IMG/VR virus record: IMGVR_UViG_3300041586_000098
Span: 1 to 64,000 of that record
Direction: 5' to 3' (one strand)
From: a virus
DNA: 64,000 nt
Part shown: one piece after another, positions 30,986 to 41,983 of the stretch
How the letters are laid out: each line of letters starts with the position of its first letter
Position numbering within the stretch: the stretch's first letter is position 1
The notes under the pieces: model-generated
What the model was told of the DNA's origin: nothing
The model's input: only the letters and a program-made list of their open reading frames with translations
The model's database searches: none
Translations under genes and position numbers: made by a program

Positions 30986-32443
30986 ATGGCAAATTTAATT
31001 AATGAATCAGAAATCAGAGCAACATGGTCTCCGATTATTGAATCAGCAACAGGAATCAATGACGCTAGCAAATTAGCTTGGATGTCAGAGTACTGTCATA
31101 ATCACAAATTATATGAGGATGCTTCTACTATGTCTTTAGGGACAGCAGGAAATATCTTCGGTATGGGTGCAACTGTTTTACCTTCTGGAATCACTAACGG
31201 TGTTTCTACTGTAAACGGTTCTGGAGACAAGTCTCCTTCCCTATTACCTTTAGCAATGCAAGTTGCTGCACAAACTATCGGTCTTGATTTAGTACCTGTA
31301 GTTCCTATGGCTGGACCAATGGGGTTACTATCTTACTTAGACTTCGTATATGAAGGTGGTAAGGTTCTAGGATCAACTACTCCAACTTACATTAAAGGTT
31401 CTGAGGCACTTTTAGGTACTGACGATATTGATGCTGTATCTGGAACTAACGGTGATTATGTATTTATCGGATCATCTAGAATTGATGGTAAATCAATTTT
31501 TAAAGTTGGAACTATTGATGCAACAAACACAAATATAGCAGGTGACTTAGAAGACTATGCAACAGGTGCTGGTGTAACTGTTGAATTAGTAAAGGCTTTA
31601 GAAGATCACGTTAAAGGATTCGTTGCAGCTGATGAGAATGGAAATCCTTTCTCTAGAGAAGCTGGAGAACAAACTCCTGACAAAATCATGGGTCTTTCAT
31701 TACACTCTAAGACTGTTTCAGCTGAAACGTTTCAAGTTGCTGCTGCAGTTACAAGAGAGCAAGTTCAAGATCTTAAGCAATTCGGAGTTGACGCCGTTGC
31801 TCAAGTAGAAGCTGTTTTAACTAACGAATTAACACAAGGTATTAACCAATACATCTTAGGTAGAATTAGAAAATTAGGTACTGATAACGTAACCGCTGCA
31901 TTTACAGTAAATGGTTTCGATTTAACATTGCCTGCTGCTAGTGCTTTAGGTGGTGGTGGTGAAACTTTACCATCAATCCACAGAAGAATCTTATCACAAA
32001 TTCTTGCAGCTGCTAACTTAATTGCTAACAGAGGTAGAAGAGGTGCTGGTAACTTCGCAGTATGTGGACCACAAACTGCAACTGTTTTACAATCAATCTC
32101 TGGATTTGTTGCAAACCCTATGGCTAATACTTTCGCACAAGCTGCTGGAGCAATTTACCCTTTAGGATCTGTTGCTGGAATCAATGTGTATACTGACCCA
32201 ACTATGGAATGGGGAGATTATTCTATCGCAGTTGGTAGAAAAGGTGATGGTAACGGACCAGGTATTGTTTTTATGCCATACTTAATGGCTGAATCAGTGC
32301 AAACTATAGCTGAAGGAACTATGGCTCCTAAAGTTGCTATCAAATCTAGATTCGCTCTAGTTGATGCAGGTTTTCACCCAGAAACACAATATGTTAAATT
32401 TAACGTTAAAGGTTCATTCACTAACCTATTAACACTTTCATAA
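30986..32443 (+). CDS. 23: Major capsid protein
   Basis: DLVPVVPM.GP.G, EQVQDLK, RRGAGNF, PY..., SRF. Confidence 0.92.
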   Translation: MANLINESEIRATWSPIIESATGINDASKLAWMSEYCHNHKLYEDASTMSLGTAGNIFGMGATVLPSGITNGVSTVNGSGDKSPSLLPLAMQVAAQTIGLDLVPVVPMAGPMGLLSYLDFVYEGGKVLGSTTPTYIKGSEALLGTDDIDAVSGTNGDYVFIGSSRIDGKSIFKVGTIDATNTNIAGDLEDYATGAGVTVELVKALEDHVKGFVAADENGNPFSREAGEQTPDKIMGLSLHSKTVSAETFQVAAAVTREQVQDLKQFGVDAVAQVEAVLTNELTQGINQYILGRIRKLGTDNVTAAFTVNGFDLTLPAASALGGGGETLPSIHRRILSQILAAANLIANRGRRGAGNFAVCGPQTATVLQSISGFVANPMANTFAQAAGAIYPLGSVAGINVYTDPTMEWGDYSIAVGRKGDGNGPGIVFMPYLMAESVQTIAEGTMAPKVAIKSRFALVDAGFHPETQYVKFNVKGSFTNLLTLS

Positions 32444-32468
32444 TACTTAAAATTAACATTTTAATATT

Positions 32469-32498
32469 AAAAGGAACTGAGAAATCAGTTCCTTTTTT
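32469..32498 (+). terminator. Intrinsic terminator after gp23
   Basis: aaaaggaactga gaaa tcagttcctttt. Confidence 0.85.
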
Positions 32499-32534
32499 CG
32501 TTGATATATATGTTATATAAAAAATATCTACTTT

Positions 32535-33713
32535 ATGAAAAATCATCAAACATTTGATAATTGGTATAACAAAACAATTAATGAAAATGAGGTTGTAATT
32601 GAAAATCCAATAAAACCAACTCAAACAACAAAAATAGATACAGACATGTCCATGGATGTAGACGCTATTATAAATTCACTAGAGACACTAGCAAATGAAT
32701 TAACTGAAGAAATAGAGTCAATTGATTTTAATTCTATTTTTGAAGAAACTAATAGTGTTGTAGATTTTGTGTTTAGGGCACCTAAGGCCAGAGCAGCACA
32801 AAAGAAAGTTAATACTCTTTTATTAAAGGTTGCTAATTTAGATGCTGCAGCATCTGCTGCTACCGATTCCGAAATGAAGAAAAAAATAGCAACTAAAGTT
32901 ACTACACTTAAAGCACAGGCAGACGACGTCCAAACCGCAGTTACCGATAAATTTAAGTCATATTCTGATATTGTACAAAAGGCACTAAACTCAGAAAAAA
33001 TAAAAGGAAAACTTGCTGTTATAAAAACTGCGATGGGGGATAGCAGTAATGATAAAGGAGACCTTAAGTCACAGGCTTCTAAATTAGTAGTTAGATTAAA
33101 AAAAGAAGAGGCAGCCCTTTCGGATGCTGCGCCTTCAGATGAAGACAAGCAAAAATTAAAAGATGATGCGGAAGCTAAAGCCGCCGAAAAAGCAGCAGAT
33201 GCTGAAAGGGCCAAAGATGATGCGGAAGCCGCTGCTGCCGAAAAGGATAAAAAAGATGCAGAAGCCGAAGCAGAACCTAACGCAGATGCAGAAGCAGAAC
33301 CTAAAGCAGAAGCCGAAGCAGAACCTAAAGCAGATGCAGAAGCAGAACCTAAAGCAGATGCAGAAGCAGAACCTAAAGCAGACGCAGAAGCAGAACCTAA
33401 AGCAGATGCAGAACCTAAAGCTGCCGATAAGTCAGTAGATGGTAAGGATAAAATCAAAGGAAATAAGGAAGAAATGTTATCTAAGTTACAATCACAACTT
33501 AAAAATGCACAGGATTCTGGAAACGAAGAAAAGATTAAAAAAGTACAAAGTCTTATAGATAGAGTTTCTGCAAAGGAATCTTGGCAAATTGATGGTACAT
33601 ATCTAGGAATAATGTTTGAATCAGAATTAAGAAAAATAGAAAATGATACTATATTAGAAAAATTATCCTATTTAAATTACAGTTTAAAGGATAGATTTGC
33701 TAACTTATTATAA
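32535..33713 (+). CDS. Hypothetical late protein with Ala/Glu/Lys low-complexity linker; possible internal head protein
   Basis: MKNHQTFDNW...TINE| tag-like start; late promoter at 32503. Confidence 0.6.
   Translation: MKNHQTFDNWYNKTINENEVVIENPIKPTQTTKIDTDMSMDVDAIINSLETLANELTEEIESIDFNSIFEETNSVVDFVFRAPKARAAQKKVNTLLLKVANLDAAASAATDSEMKKKIATKVTTLKAQADDVQTAVTDKFKSYSDIVQKALNSEKIKGKLAVIKTAMGDSSNDKGDLKSQASKLVVRLKKEEAALSDAAPSDEDKQKLKDDAEAKAAEKAADAERAKDDAEAAAAEKDKKDAEAEAEPNADAEAEPKAEAEAEPKADAEAEPKADAEAEPKADAEAEPKADAEPKAADKSVDGKDKIKGNKEEMLSKLQSQLKNAQDSGNEEKIKKVQSLIDRVSAKESWQIDGTYLGIMFESELRKIENDTILEKLSYLNYSLKDRFANLL
33255..33425 (+). repeat. 24-bp coding tandem repeat (ADAEAEPK)n, about 7 copies
   Basis: gcagaacctaaagcagatgcagaa units. 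Confidence 0.85.
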
Positions 33714-34208
33714 TTTAGCATTCTTCTTAGCTAATATTAAAAACTCCTGTTGTTGATTCAATAGGAGTTTTTTTACGTGTTGTTGAAAGGCAACCGATGA
33801 CTTGATTATTCGTTCATCTACATTACCTTCCATGAGTATATCATGATGATCAGGGTGTACGAAGTTCTCTTGCGCAAAGTTATTTATATTAGATCTAATA
33901 GGTTGATTAGAGATTGCACACGTCCAATCTATGGTATCATAGCTTTCGTTTAATTCTTCTAATTTCATAAACTCACTAGTAGAATAATCATAATAATACT
34001 TTTCACGATGTGATTGATTTGTATGTTTACATACTTCAAATATAATATGTAAGAACTGATCTTCTTTAGCTCTTTCTTTCATTAAGGGATTTTCTAAAAG
34101 TAATCTACGTTGTTGTCTAGACAAACCAACATAACATACTCCATATCTGTTTCTTGGGTTCGGACCGCCGGTTCGTTTAATTGTAGGGTATTTGTTGTTA
34201 TATGCCAT
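33708..34208 (-). CDS. Hypothetical protein (the only convincing minus-strand gene)
   Basis: 166 aa in a region free of + strand ORFs; GATAAATAA late-like motif upstream on the minus strand. Confidence 0.65.
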   Translation of the reverse strand: MAYNNKYPTIKRTGGPNPRNRYGVCYVGLSRQQRRLLLENPLMKERAKEDQFLHIIFEVCKHTNQSHREKYYYDYSTSEFMKLEELNESYDTIDWTCAISNQPIRSNINNFAQENFVHPDHHDILMEGNVDERIIKSSVAFQQHVKKLLLNQQQEFLILAKKNAKL

Positions 34209-34220
34209 GTATTATTTATC

Positions 34221-34249
34221 TGAAACATATTCTTATAAATTCATATAAT
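34221..34249 (+). promoter_or_regulatory. Putative middle promoter TGAAAC-N17-TATAAT
   Basis: Repeated motif. Confidence 0.7.
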
Positions 34250-34275
34250 ACACATAACCAAGTACACTAACACAT

Positions 34276-35226
34276 ATGATTCACTCACTATTCACAGAAA
34301 AGTATCGACCTAAAAATCTACAAGATTTAATTTTACCAGAAAGAGTAATGTCTAAAATTAAAGACGGATTATCACAAAACATGCTTTTAGCCGGAAGTCC
34401 AGGTACAGGAAAGACATCAACAGCAAAGGCAATAGTAAATCAATTCAATCTTCCATATTTATACATTAATGCATCAACAGATACATCAGTCGATGTTATT
34501 AGAACTAGAATTACTGATTTTTGCTCAACAATGTCAGTACTTGACGATCAAGGAAAATTCAAAGTAGTTATATTAGATGAGGTAGATGGAGTTTCAGATC
34601 AGTTTTTTAAGGCTTTACGTGCAACTATGGAAACATTTGCAAGCAACTCTCGGTTTATCGCAACATGTAATTATGTTAATAAAATACCAGACCCTATTCT
34701 AAGCAGATTTGAAGTTGTTAATTTTGATTTTGATAAATCAGAAGAAATCGAACTAACAAAGAAATATATTAAAAGAGTATACGAGATTTGTGGAAAAGAA
34801 GAAATGACTATTGAAAAACCAGCATTATTGGAATTTGTCAAAAGAAACTTTCCAGATCTAAGAAGCACTTTAAATAAATTACAAGGTTATAAAACACAAG
34901 GAACAACAAATATTACAACAGCAGATGTAAAGAAATTTAATTCAGTATATAAGGATGTGTTTGTATTGATTTTTAATGAAATGAATCCTATTGTAAATTA
35001 CAAACAAATAGTAGGAGAATATTCAAACAGAGTTGATGATGTGTTGCAAACATTAGGCGAAGAGTTTATAGAATACATTCAAACCGAAAGGCCACAGAAT
35101 GCTAAACATATTCCTCAGATTGCAATTACAGTTGCTCATCACCAGGCACAACGATCTTTAGTAATAGATCCTGTAATTAGTTTACTATCATGCATCTATA
35201 CTATACAAGGAATAGTTAGAGAATAA
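34276..35226 (+). CDS. 44: Clamp loader AAA+ subunit
   Basis: EKYRP, GSPGTGKT, ILDEVD, SRF, FPDLR. Confidence 0.92.
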   Translation: MIHSLFTEKYRPKNLQDLILPERVMSKIKDGLSQNMLLAGSPGTGKTSTAKAIVNQFNLPYLYINASTDTSVDVIRTRITDFCSTMSVLDDQGKFKVVILDEVDGVSDQFFKALRATMETFASNSRFIATCNYVNKIPDPILSRFEVVNFDFDKSEEIELTKKYIKRVYEICGKEEMTIEKPALLEFVKRNFPDLRSTLNKLQGYKTQGTTNITTADVKKFNSVYKDVFVLIFNEMNPIVNYKQIVGEYSNRVDDVLQTLGEEFIEYIQTERPQNAKHIPQIAITVAHHQAQRSLVIDPVISLLSCIYTIQGIVRE

Positions 35227-35302
35227 ATTAAAAATAAAGCTATAAATATTTTTTTATATCACCGAGATTGATTATATTTATATATAAATTAAAAGATACA
35301 TT

Positions 35303-36538
35303 ATGAAATTAGGAAAACATACATTAATCATTGACGGTAATTACTTTGTACATAGTAGATTATTCGTATTACCAAGAGTAAAAGGCAAGCAGTTGTTAGG
35401 TGATATTGAAGGTCAAGAACAATTAATGCGTAAATTATGTATTGATCTTGCATCAGAGGTCCGCAAGATGACACCATTTGTAGATCAAGTAGTAGTTGCA
35501 GTAGATTCAAAATCATGGAGAAAGGATTTATTTCCAGCAGCGGCATACAAAGGAACAAGAGTGCTTGATGATTCTGTTAATTGGAGTAATGTATTTGACG
35601 TATATGAACAATGGCAAGGTATTCTTGCAACTAAAGGTGTAATTGTACATAAGGTTCCAGGTGCAGAGGCAGATGATATTTTATTCGGATGGGCTAATGC
35701 ATTAAATAACGAAGGTAAGAATTGTATCGTATGGACAGGTGATAGAGATCTAATTCAATTAGTTAATTATAATAAAGCAACAGATGCATATACATTATGG
35801 TATTATAATTCACAAAGAAAGTTATTAGCATTCGAAGGATTTGAAAGCTTATTAGAATCTAATGCCGCTACTGATTTAAGTAATGATGATATGTTATTCA
35901 ATATGTCTTCTGCTGCTGTAATGAATAATAGTATTAAAGAAGAATTTCAAAAATGGATTGTTAAAAACACAGTACAAATTCAAGAAATTAATTGTGATGC
36001 CTTTATTTTCTCTAAAATATTACAAGGAGATAAGAGTGATAATATTAAGTCAGTAGTCACATGGACTAAGCAAACAAAGGAAGGTTCTATTAGAAATTAC
36101 TCTATAACTGAAAAGCATGCAACAAAAATATTATCAAAGTATAGAGAAGTTGAAGGTGATTTTTTAATAGATCATTTCTTTTCAGCAAATCAAGTAAATG
36201 TCATGATTAATCTAATATTAGAGGTAGTAGAAAGATCAAATATCAATGAAATCAAAGTTAATTTTAATCAAAATTTAGATTTAATGTTACTGCATTACAA
36301 TACAATCCCTATGGGAATACAAAAGGCAATGTATATTGAAATTGATAAAGATTTTAATGTTGAAACACAGATGCTTGAATTAACTCAAATGGAAAAAATA
36401 TTAGATGGAACAACATGGAACTCTAAGAAATCTGTAGGAAATGGAGCTCCAAAATCATTCGATCCTTTTGCAAAATTAAACATACAAGAAAATATTAATA
36501 AATCTGAACAAAATAACAAAATCAACACTCTATTCTAA
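35303..36538 (+). CDS. rnh: 5'-3' exonuclease / RNase H (FEN-like)
   Basis: IDGN, SWRK, YKGTR, EADD, DRDLIQL, GDKSDNI. Confidence 0.88.
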   Translation: MKLGKHTLIIDGNYFVHSRLFVLPRVKGKQLLGDIEGQEQLMRKLCIDLASEVRKMTPFVDQVVVAVDSKSWRKDLFPAAAYKGTRVLDDSVNWSNVFDVYEQWQGILATKGVIVHKVPGAEADDILFGWANALNNEGKNCIVWTGDRDLIQLVNYNKATDAYTLWYYNSQRKLLAFEGFESLLESNAATDLSNDDMLFNMSSAAVMNNSIKEEFQKWIVKNTVQIQEINCDAFIFSKILQGDKSDNIKSVVTWTKQTKEGSIRNYSITEKHATKILSKYREVEGDFLIDHFFSANQVNVMINLILEVVERSNINEIKVNFNQNLDLMLLHYNTIPMGIQKAMYIEIDKDFNVETQMLELTQMEKILDGTTWNSKKSVGNGAPKSFDPFAKLNIQENINKSEQNNKINTLF

Positions 36539-36684
36539 TATGTCAAATGAGGAAATTTTAGATGAATTATTACATGAGGTTCATGCAGAATTCATATTTA
36601 AAGAAGTTATCTTAGAAGTAAACAAACTAATGATTGATGATATAAATAGTAGCAGACTTGAAATATTTGAAAAAGCAGTAAGAA

Positions 36685-37113
36685 ATGTTAGACGAAACAA
36701 AGTTATTTGATTTTATAAAAATCATGTTCACAAAACCAAATGAATATAAAAAGATAAGTAATCATAATAAGAAGAGACATCACTTCATGATAAACAGATT
36801 CTTTTCAATTCAATATCCAGCAAACGCTCAAATGTTTAATAAAAATGGAATTAACCCACTTGCAGTATTAGATAGTTGGGCTTTAGTTGCAGCGAGATTT
36901 AAGAATGTTCCTGGTTGGATTTATACAAAGACAAAAAAGGTAGAAAAAGTATCTGTGACAAAAAGCAAATATATACCTTCTGATGCTTCAATTACCTTCT
37001 TTATGCAAAGAAATGAAATTGGAAAAAGAGAATTTAAAGAACTTGAAACCTTTGCAAAAGAAGAACTATATTCTAACTTAAAAAGAATAGAAGATTCAAT
37101 GCAGGTTTACTAA
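36685..37113 (+). CDS. Possible clamp loader small subunit (gp62-like)
   Basis: LFDFI...FMINRFFS...W pattern; near gp44. Confidence 0.45.
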   Translation: MLDETKLFDFIKIMFTKPNEYKKISNHNKKRHHFMINRFFSIQYPANAQMFNKNGINPLAVLDSWALVAARFKNVPGWIYTKTKKVEKVSVTKSKYIPSDASITFFMQRNEIGKREFKELETFAKEELYSNLKRIEDSMQVY

Positions 37114-37126
37114 TTAAACACTATAA

Positions 37127-37774
37127 ATGGAATTATTCGACGTAAGTAAATTACCAACAGCAATCGATGTTACTCTATATAAATATAACTACATCGATAA
37201 CAGAATCTGGACACATATTCAAAATGAAACTGATTACGTTTTTTCTCCTATTGAAAATTCTGTAATAATTACAGTAAATCAACTTAAATTTATATTAAAC
37301 AAACACTATACTGAATTACTTAATAAGATTAAAACAGTAGGTTCTGACGTTTTTCATAAAGAAGTTAACTCTGTCTATTTTTTGCATCAAATTACCACAG
37401 AAATGAAAAATCTGCAATACATTAAATTTAATTTAAATAATGACAAGAGTTATAACAGAATAATTGATGTTGAAGGCAGTAAAGTTTTACAATTTAGTTT
37501 TAAAATTCTTACAGCTACTCTTAAATTATTTGAATTATATAATACAAAGGAGCTTAATGATGTAAACAAAATTCTTTTTGAAATTGGAATCTTTACAAAA
37601 GGCAAGCCTTATGCTAGAATTAATGCTAAAGAACTATCTGATAAAATCGACGAGTATTTAGGCGAAGATGATGAAGAAGATATTGAATCAGGTATACTTT
37701 TAGATATTTTAGATATTTTAGAACCTAAGATAGAGAGAGAAGATGCACTAATATTATTAATTACAGACTACTAA
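37127..37774 (+). CDS. Hypothetical protein
   Basis: 215-aa ORF. Confidence 0.6.
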   Translation: MELFDVSKLPTAIDVTLYKYNYIDNRIWTHIQNETDYVFSPIENSVIITVNQLKFILNKHYTELLNKIKTVGSDVFHKEVNSVYFLHQITTEMKNLQYIKFNLNNDKSYNRIIDVEGSKVLQFSFKILTATLKLFELYNTKELNDVNKILFEIGIFTKGKPYARINAKELSDKIDEYLGEDDEEDIESGILLDILDILEPKIEREDALILLITDY

Positions 37775-37819
37775 CAAATTTTTTAGAATATATAGTATAA
37801 GAAAAAAATACTAGTATTA

Positions 37820-38227
37820 ATGAAATTTTTTAGCAATTTTGGAAAAAGAGAAGCACTTGTGTATATCATAGTTTCTTTATGGATAATTATGGGACTATTA
37901 GGTGCTTATAAAAATGCAAGCTTTGCCGATCTTGCAGTATATTTTGGATCTTTAACAGCATATGCTGCAACATATATATGGGCTGAAGCCAAAAGACCAA
38001 GTGAAAAAACCACAATTTTTGCAAAAGGACCCGGTTCTAGAAGAGAATTAATGATTTATGTTGTTGTATTCTTATGGGCAATTGCAGGTAGTGGTGCTAT
38101 ATGGTTCTCAGCTGATATTAGTGAGCTTTCTCTTTATTTTGTTTCTCTTACTGGGTTTGTTGCATCATGGATTGCTGGAGAAGTTTATACTCCACAGGAT
38201 AATGTAAATAAAAATATAAAAGAGTAA
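37820..38227 (+). CDS. Four-TM membrane protein made of a duplicated two-TM unit (holin candidate)
   Basis: (K/R)RE..(V/I)Y..V.LW...L..YF.SLT..A..I..E occurs twice; late-like promoter at 37786. Confidence 0.5.
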   Translation: MKFFSNFGKREALVYIIVSLWIIMGLLGAYKNASFADLAVYFGSLTAYAATYIWAEAKRPSEKTTIFAKGPGSRRELMIYVVVFLWAIAGSGAIWFSADISELSLYFVSLTGFVASWIAGEVYTPQDNVNKNIKE

Positions 38228-38228
38228 G

Positions 38229-40190
38229 ATGGTAAAGGGATTTATTGCAAATGAGTATGGAGATACTATAATTGCTTCACTACAAACACCATATAATAAC
38301 ACACTTAGGATTATAGATTGGGATATATTAGCAGGTATAAGAACTCGATATATGACAGGGAGCGTTACTTTAGTATCAGGTCAATTTGATATAGTAGGTA
38401 ATGGTACTCAATTTATGAATTCATTTCAACCCGGTGATGTCATTATCATAGGAAATATTACATACACAATAGATACAATAGTTTCACCAATAGAAATGAC
38501 AGTTAACGAACCTATTCAACTCTCATCTACTGGATCATTATACTATAAATCAACAGATGCCAATAACTTTTTTGAATATGAATACAGATGGTCACATACT
38601 AATGATTTATTTTCTGAATTTCAAACATTAAATTCCGGAAATCAATATGGAGATCTTTTCCATATAATATTTGACACATCTAAACCAATGTGGATTGAAG
38701 TTAAAAACGAGGTAGCTGGAATTATACCAGGAAACACAATAACATTATTATCAATAACATATACTATTGAAACAGTAGATGGTACTATTGAATCTTGTCC
38801 TAATTTTTGCACAGAATGTACCGATCCCTTTTCAATGACAGGATGTGCGAACATTGAAGTAGCATGTACCACATCTGTTTTTAATCCATATGCACTCACT
38901 AAATCAGTAGGAATATATAAACAACTTACTAATATTGTTAATGACATATTTGGGCATAGCGTTAACTATTTTAGAATTGAACCTAACCTAAGAACGACTG
39001 ATGTTATATTAATGGAATATTCATTACATAATGTTGTAGATAATAAGACATTAAAAATATTAGTCCCTGATAATGAGTTTCCATCTGAGGCTAATTCTTA
39101 TGATATATTTGGAATTGATCTAGCTGATTTCGAAGTACATATTACAGCCGATGAATTTGAAAATAAATTTGGTGCAGGAAAATCTCCAAGAAATAAGGAT
39201 TATATGTTTATTCCTATTATTAATAAGATGTATGAAATAAGCTCGGTTTCATTGGCCGATGAATTTAATAAAACAAATTCATATTGGAGAGTCAAGTTAG
39301 TAAAATATCAAGACAGATCCGATGTCATTAAAGGTCAATTTAATGAAGCAACTGACATATTAACAACCGGAATCGAAGAAATCTTCGGGGAAAGAATAGA
39401 AGAAGAATACGTGAAACATATTAAAAAAGAACAATTTCAAACAGTAACTACAACATATCAGGACGGTATTAGAGAGTTTGTTAATAAAAAAATAAGAATA
39501 GTCGACTATAATTTAAAGAATAGATGGACTATTGTTAGTAAGAACTATTACGATTTTACTGCAATGAGATTAGATGAAATTGCAATAGTATATACTGCGC
39601 CATCTACTGTAAATCTTAATGAAAATATGGCCTTTACTGGTTGGTTTTCACCACAATTTAAGGCAGCATCGACTACTGATTATTATTTATTTGGTGATAA
39701 TGACGCAATCCAAGGTCTTAGATTAACCATAAGCAACACTGAATTTAAACTAAGCGTAAACGGTATAACTGAATCATTTACACATGGAATATCATTTAAT
39801 AAAAACAACTGGTATACATATGTAATAAATGTTAACAACAGTTTTTTACAACTAGGAGTTTCTTTCTATAGTTTAAATCCAGATAGTAATGTTATATCTA
39901 ATATAGGAGGAGAGCGAATTATGCCAGCATCTAGATCTAATAATTTAGTACTTGAATTCAACGAGAACAGATTATTAAGTAATCGTATATTATGGAATTC
40001 AGTAACATCATTTTCTCTTAGATCAAATGAAATGTTTATGACAAATATTAGAGTTTTTAATACTCCAATAGAGGAAGAAGAGCATTCTAACGTCTTAAAT
40101 CAATATTTAGTAAGAGATAACCAATATGCGATCGTAATAGATAACGCAATTCCATCTCTTGGTTTTCAAAAATTCGCTAATGCACGTTAA
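38229..40190 (+). CDS. Neck protein (gp14-like core) with extra N- and C-terminal beta domains
   Basis: FGHSVNYFR, FGIDL, P..KDYMFIP..KMYEI; LamG-like C-terminus. Confidence 0.55.
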   Translation: MVKGFIANEYGDTIIASLQTPYNNTLRIIDWDILAGIRTRYMTGSVTLVSGQFDIVGNGTQFMNSFQPGDVIIIGNITYTIDTIVSPIEMTVNEPIQLSSTGSLYYKSTDANNFFEYEYRWSHTNDLFSEFQTLNSGNQYGDLFHIIFDTSKPMWIEVKNEVAGIIPGNTITLLSITYTIETVDGTIESCPNFCTECTDPFSMTGCANIEVACTTSVFNPYALTKSVGIYKQLTNIVNDIFGHSVNYFRIEPNLRTTDVILMEYSLHNVVDNKTLKILVPDNEFPSEANSYDIFGIDLADFEVHITADEFENKFGAGKSPRNKDYMFIPIINKMYEISSVSLADEFNKTNSYWRVKLVKYQDRSDVIKGQFNEATDILTTGIEEIFGERIEEEYVKHIKKEQFQTVTTTYQDGIREFVNKKIRIVDYNLKNRWTIVSKNYYDFTAMRLDEIAIVYTAPSTVNLNENMAFTGWFSPQFKAASTTDYYLFGDNDAIQGLRLTISNTEFKLSVNGITESFTHGISFNKNNWYTYVINVNNSFLQLGVSFYSLNPDSNVISNIGGERIMPASRSNNLVLEFNENRLLSNRILWNSVTSFSLRSNEMFMTNIRVFNTPIEEEEHSNVLNQYLVRDNQYAIVIDNAIPSLGFQKFANAR

Positions 40191-40233
40191 CTAATAAATT
40201 AAGATAAATATAATATCTAATAATATAGTAAAT

Positions 40234-40875
40234 ATGTCAGAAAACAGAAGTATAAAAGACCAAGCCGAAGATATCAGAAAAGACCTTAATGAATTAATAG
40301 GTGCTAGTAACATGAACATCGAGGATGTAATAGAAAGAGACCCACAATTACCGGCTCGCAGACCTCCTCCTAAAAAAACATATACTGAACTTAAAGAAAA
40401 CTCTACTAAAAAGGCAAAGAAGACAATTTCAGCCCTAATGAAATTTTATTTAGATGAGGACATAATAGAAAAGGACGAGTATATTCAAGCTAAAAAGAAG
40501 ATGGATGAGATGACAATGAGTTCATTAGTCTATCAATTACAAGCAGGTGAAAGAGCGTTAACTATCCTATTAGAATCGATTGAAGATGGTGAAGTTACTC
40601 CTCGAATGTTCGAAGTACTTGCCACATTACAGAAATCAATGCTAGACATTATTAAATCACAAACAATGTATTTAATGGCAACTGAAGAGAGTGCTAAGAG
40701 GATTGCAAGAGACATTGAAATCTATAGAAAAAGAGATGATATTCGAGAAATAGAATCTTCAGGCGGAGATACTACATTAGGAAATACCCAACGAGGAACT
40801 AAAGATATAATGCGATTAATTAGGGATGGAATTGATTCTGCAAATATCGAAGACGTCGAAATAACAGAAGACTAG
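40234..40875 (+). CDS. 16: Terminase small subunit-like protein
   Basis: PRMFEVLA motif; upstream of the large subunit. Confidence 0.6.
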   Translation: MSENRSIKDQAEDIRKDLNELIGASNMNIEDVIERDPQLPARRPPPKKTYTELKENSTKKAKKTISALMKFYLDEDIIEKDEYIQAKKKMDEMTMSSLVYQLQAGERALTILLESIEDGEVTPRMFEVLATLQKSMLDIIKSQTMYLMATEESAKRIARDIEIYRKRDDIREIESSGGDTTLGNTQRGTKDIMRLIRDGIDSANIEDVEITED

Positions 40876-40879
40876 TATT

Positions 40880-41347
40880 ATGAAGCATTTTAAAGTATAT
40901 GAAGAATTTATTTTTGAAATAGGAGATTCCTCTTCTAAGAAATACAAGTATAAGATCAATGGTAAGTTTAGTGAAATGTCAGAATTTGACAAAAGGGTTT
41001 ATGTTAAGTTTAAAACAGAATCAAAACTAGAATACACATTGACTGTAATTAATATTAATTCATTCTTAGACATTGATTTTACAGCAGATGGAGAATATAA
41101 TGAAACTAATCGAGGTGAAATGTTTAGTATAATGGCAACCATAGTGGATGTAATAGAACGCATATTAGGTGAAAATACTGGAATTATACGAGGATTCAGA
41201 TATGAACCTAAAGGAAAGGCAAATGATGAAGGGTTAGGAAGAGACCGATTATATCGAATTTTCATTGAGAAATCAATGAAAAGGCAAGGAAAATCAATTA
41301 GTTTTACGCAACAAGGCGGAACTGTATTTGGAATAATAAAGGATTAA
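40880..41347 (+). CDS. Putative internal head protein (MKHFKVYEEFIFE tag)
   Basis: N-terminal tag; R.RLY motif. Confidence 0.55.
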   Translation: MKHFKVYEEFIFEIGDSSSKKYKYKINGKFSEMSEFDKRVYVKFKTESKLEYTLTVININSFLDIDFTADGEYNETNRGEMFSIMATIVDVIERILGENTGIIRGFRYEPKGKANDEGLGRDRLYRIFIEKSMKRQGKSISFTQQGGTVFGIIKD

Positions 41348-41349
41348 TT

Positions 41350-41904
41350 ATGGCAATTGAAGATACAAGTTATGATAATAAATGGATTCCTAATGCAGAA
41401 TCAGAAAAAGATGCTCAAAAATTAGTTTGGTCAACTAAAATAATTAATGATCTATTAGTTGCACTTGACAAGGGATATCGACCTCAAGTCAGTATGCCAT
41501 TTTACGAAGGAAAACAATTTTTAAGAAAAGGAAACATAGTATTTGAATACACAGATGAAGAAATAGAAGAACTTGCAAAATGTGCAAAAGATATTGTCTA
41601 TTTTGCAGAGAGGTATGCGGTTGTTATGACCGACAATGGAATTCAACAGGTTACACTTAGAAAATATCAAAAAGAATTACTAAGAGATTTTCAGCATAAT
41701 AGATTTAATATCGTGTTAGCCGCACGTCAAATGGGAAAGTGTCTTGTACATAGCACCAGAATCGATGTTAAGGATCCTCATGGTATTTCTAAGACGATAA
41801 CTATAGGAGAACTGTTTTATACTATACTTCAAAAACAAAGGCCCTTAAAGGTAACTGAATGGATTAAGTGGAAGCTGTGGACTTTATATACATGGATTGA
41901 CTAA
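41350..41904 (+). CDS. 17: Terminase large subunit N-part plus atypical IntN (54 aa)
   Basis: KCAKDIVYFAE, LRKYQ, ARQMGK|CLVHST. Confidence 0.9.
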   Translation: MAIEDTSYDNKWIPNAESEKDAQKLVWSTKIINDLLVALDKGYRPQVSMPFYEGKQFLRKGNIVFEYTDEEIEELAKCAKDIVYFAERYAVVMTDNGIQQVTLRKYQKELLRDFQHNRFNIVLAARQMGKCLVHSTRIDVKDPHGISKTITIGELFYTILQKQRPLKVTEWIKWKLWTLYTWID

Positions 41905-41983
41905 TATTCATTCTTTACGATATCTGTCAACTTACAAGAAACATTTAGATATATAATTATATAATATATAAATAGATATAGTT

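Noticed and set aside
32621-33457. 278-aa minus-strand ORF and the 91-aa alternative-frame ORF at 33163
   Set aside because: Shadows of the low-complexity AEPKAD repeat in the + strand gene.
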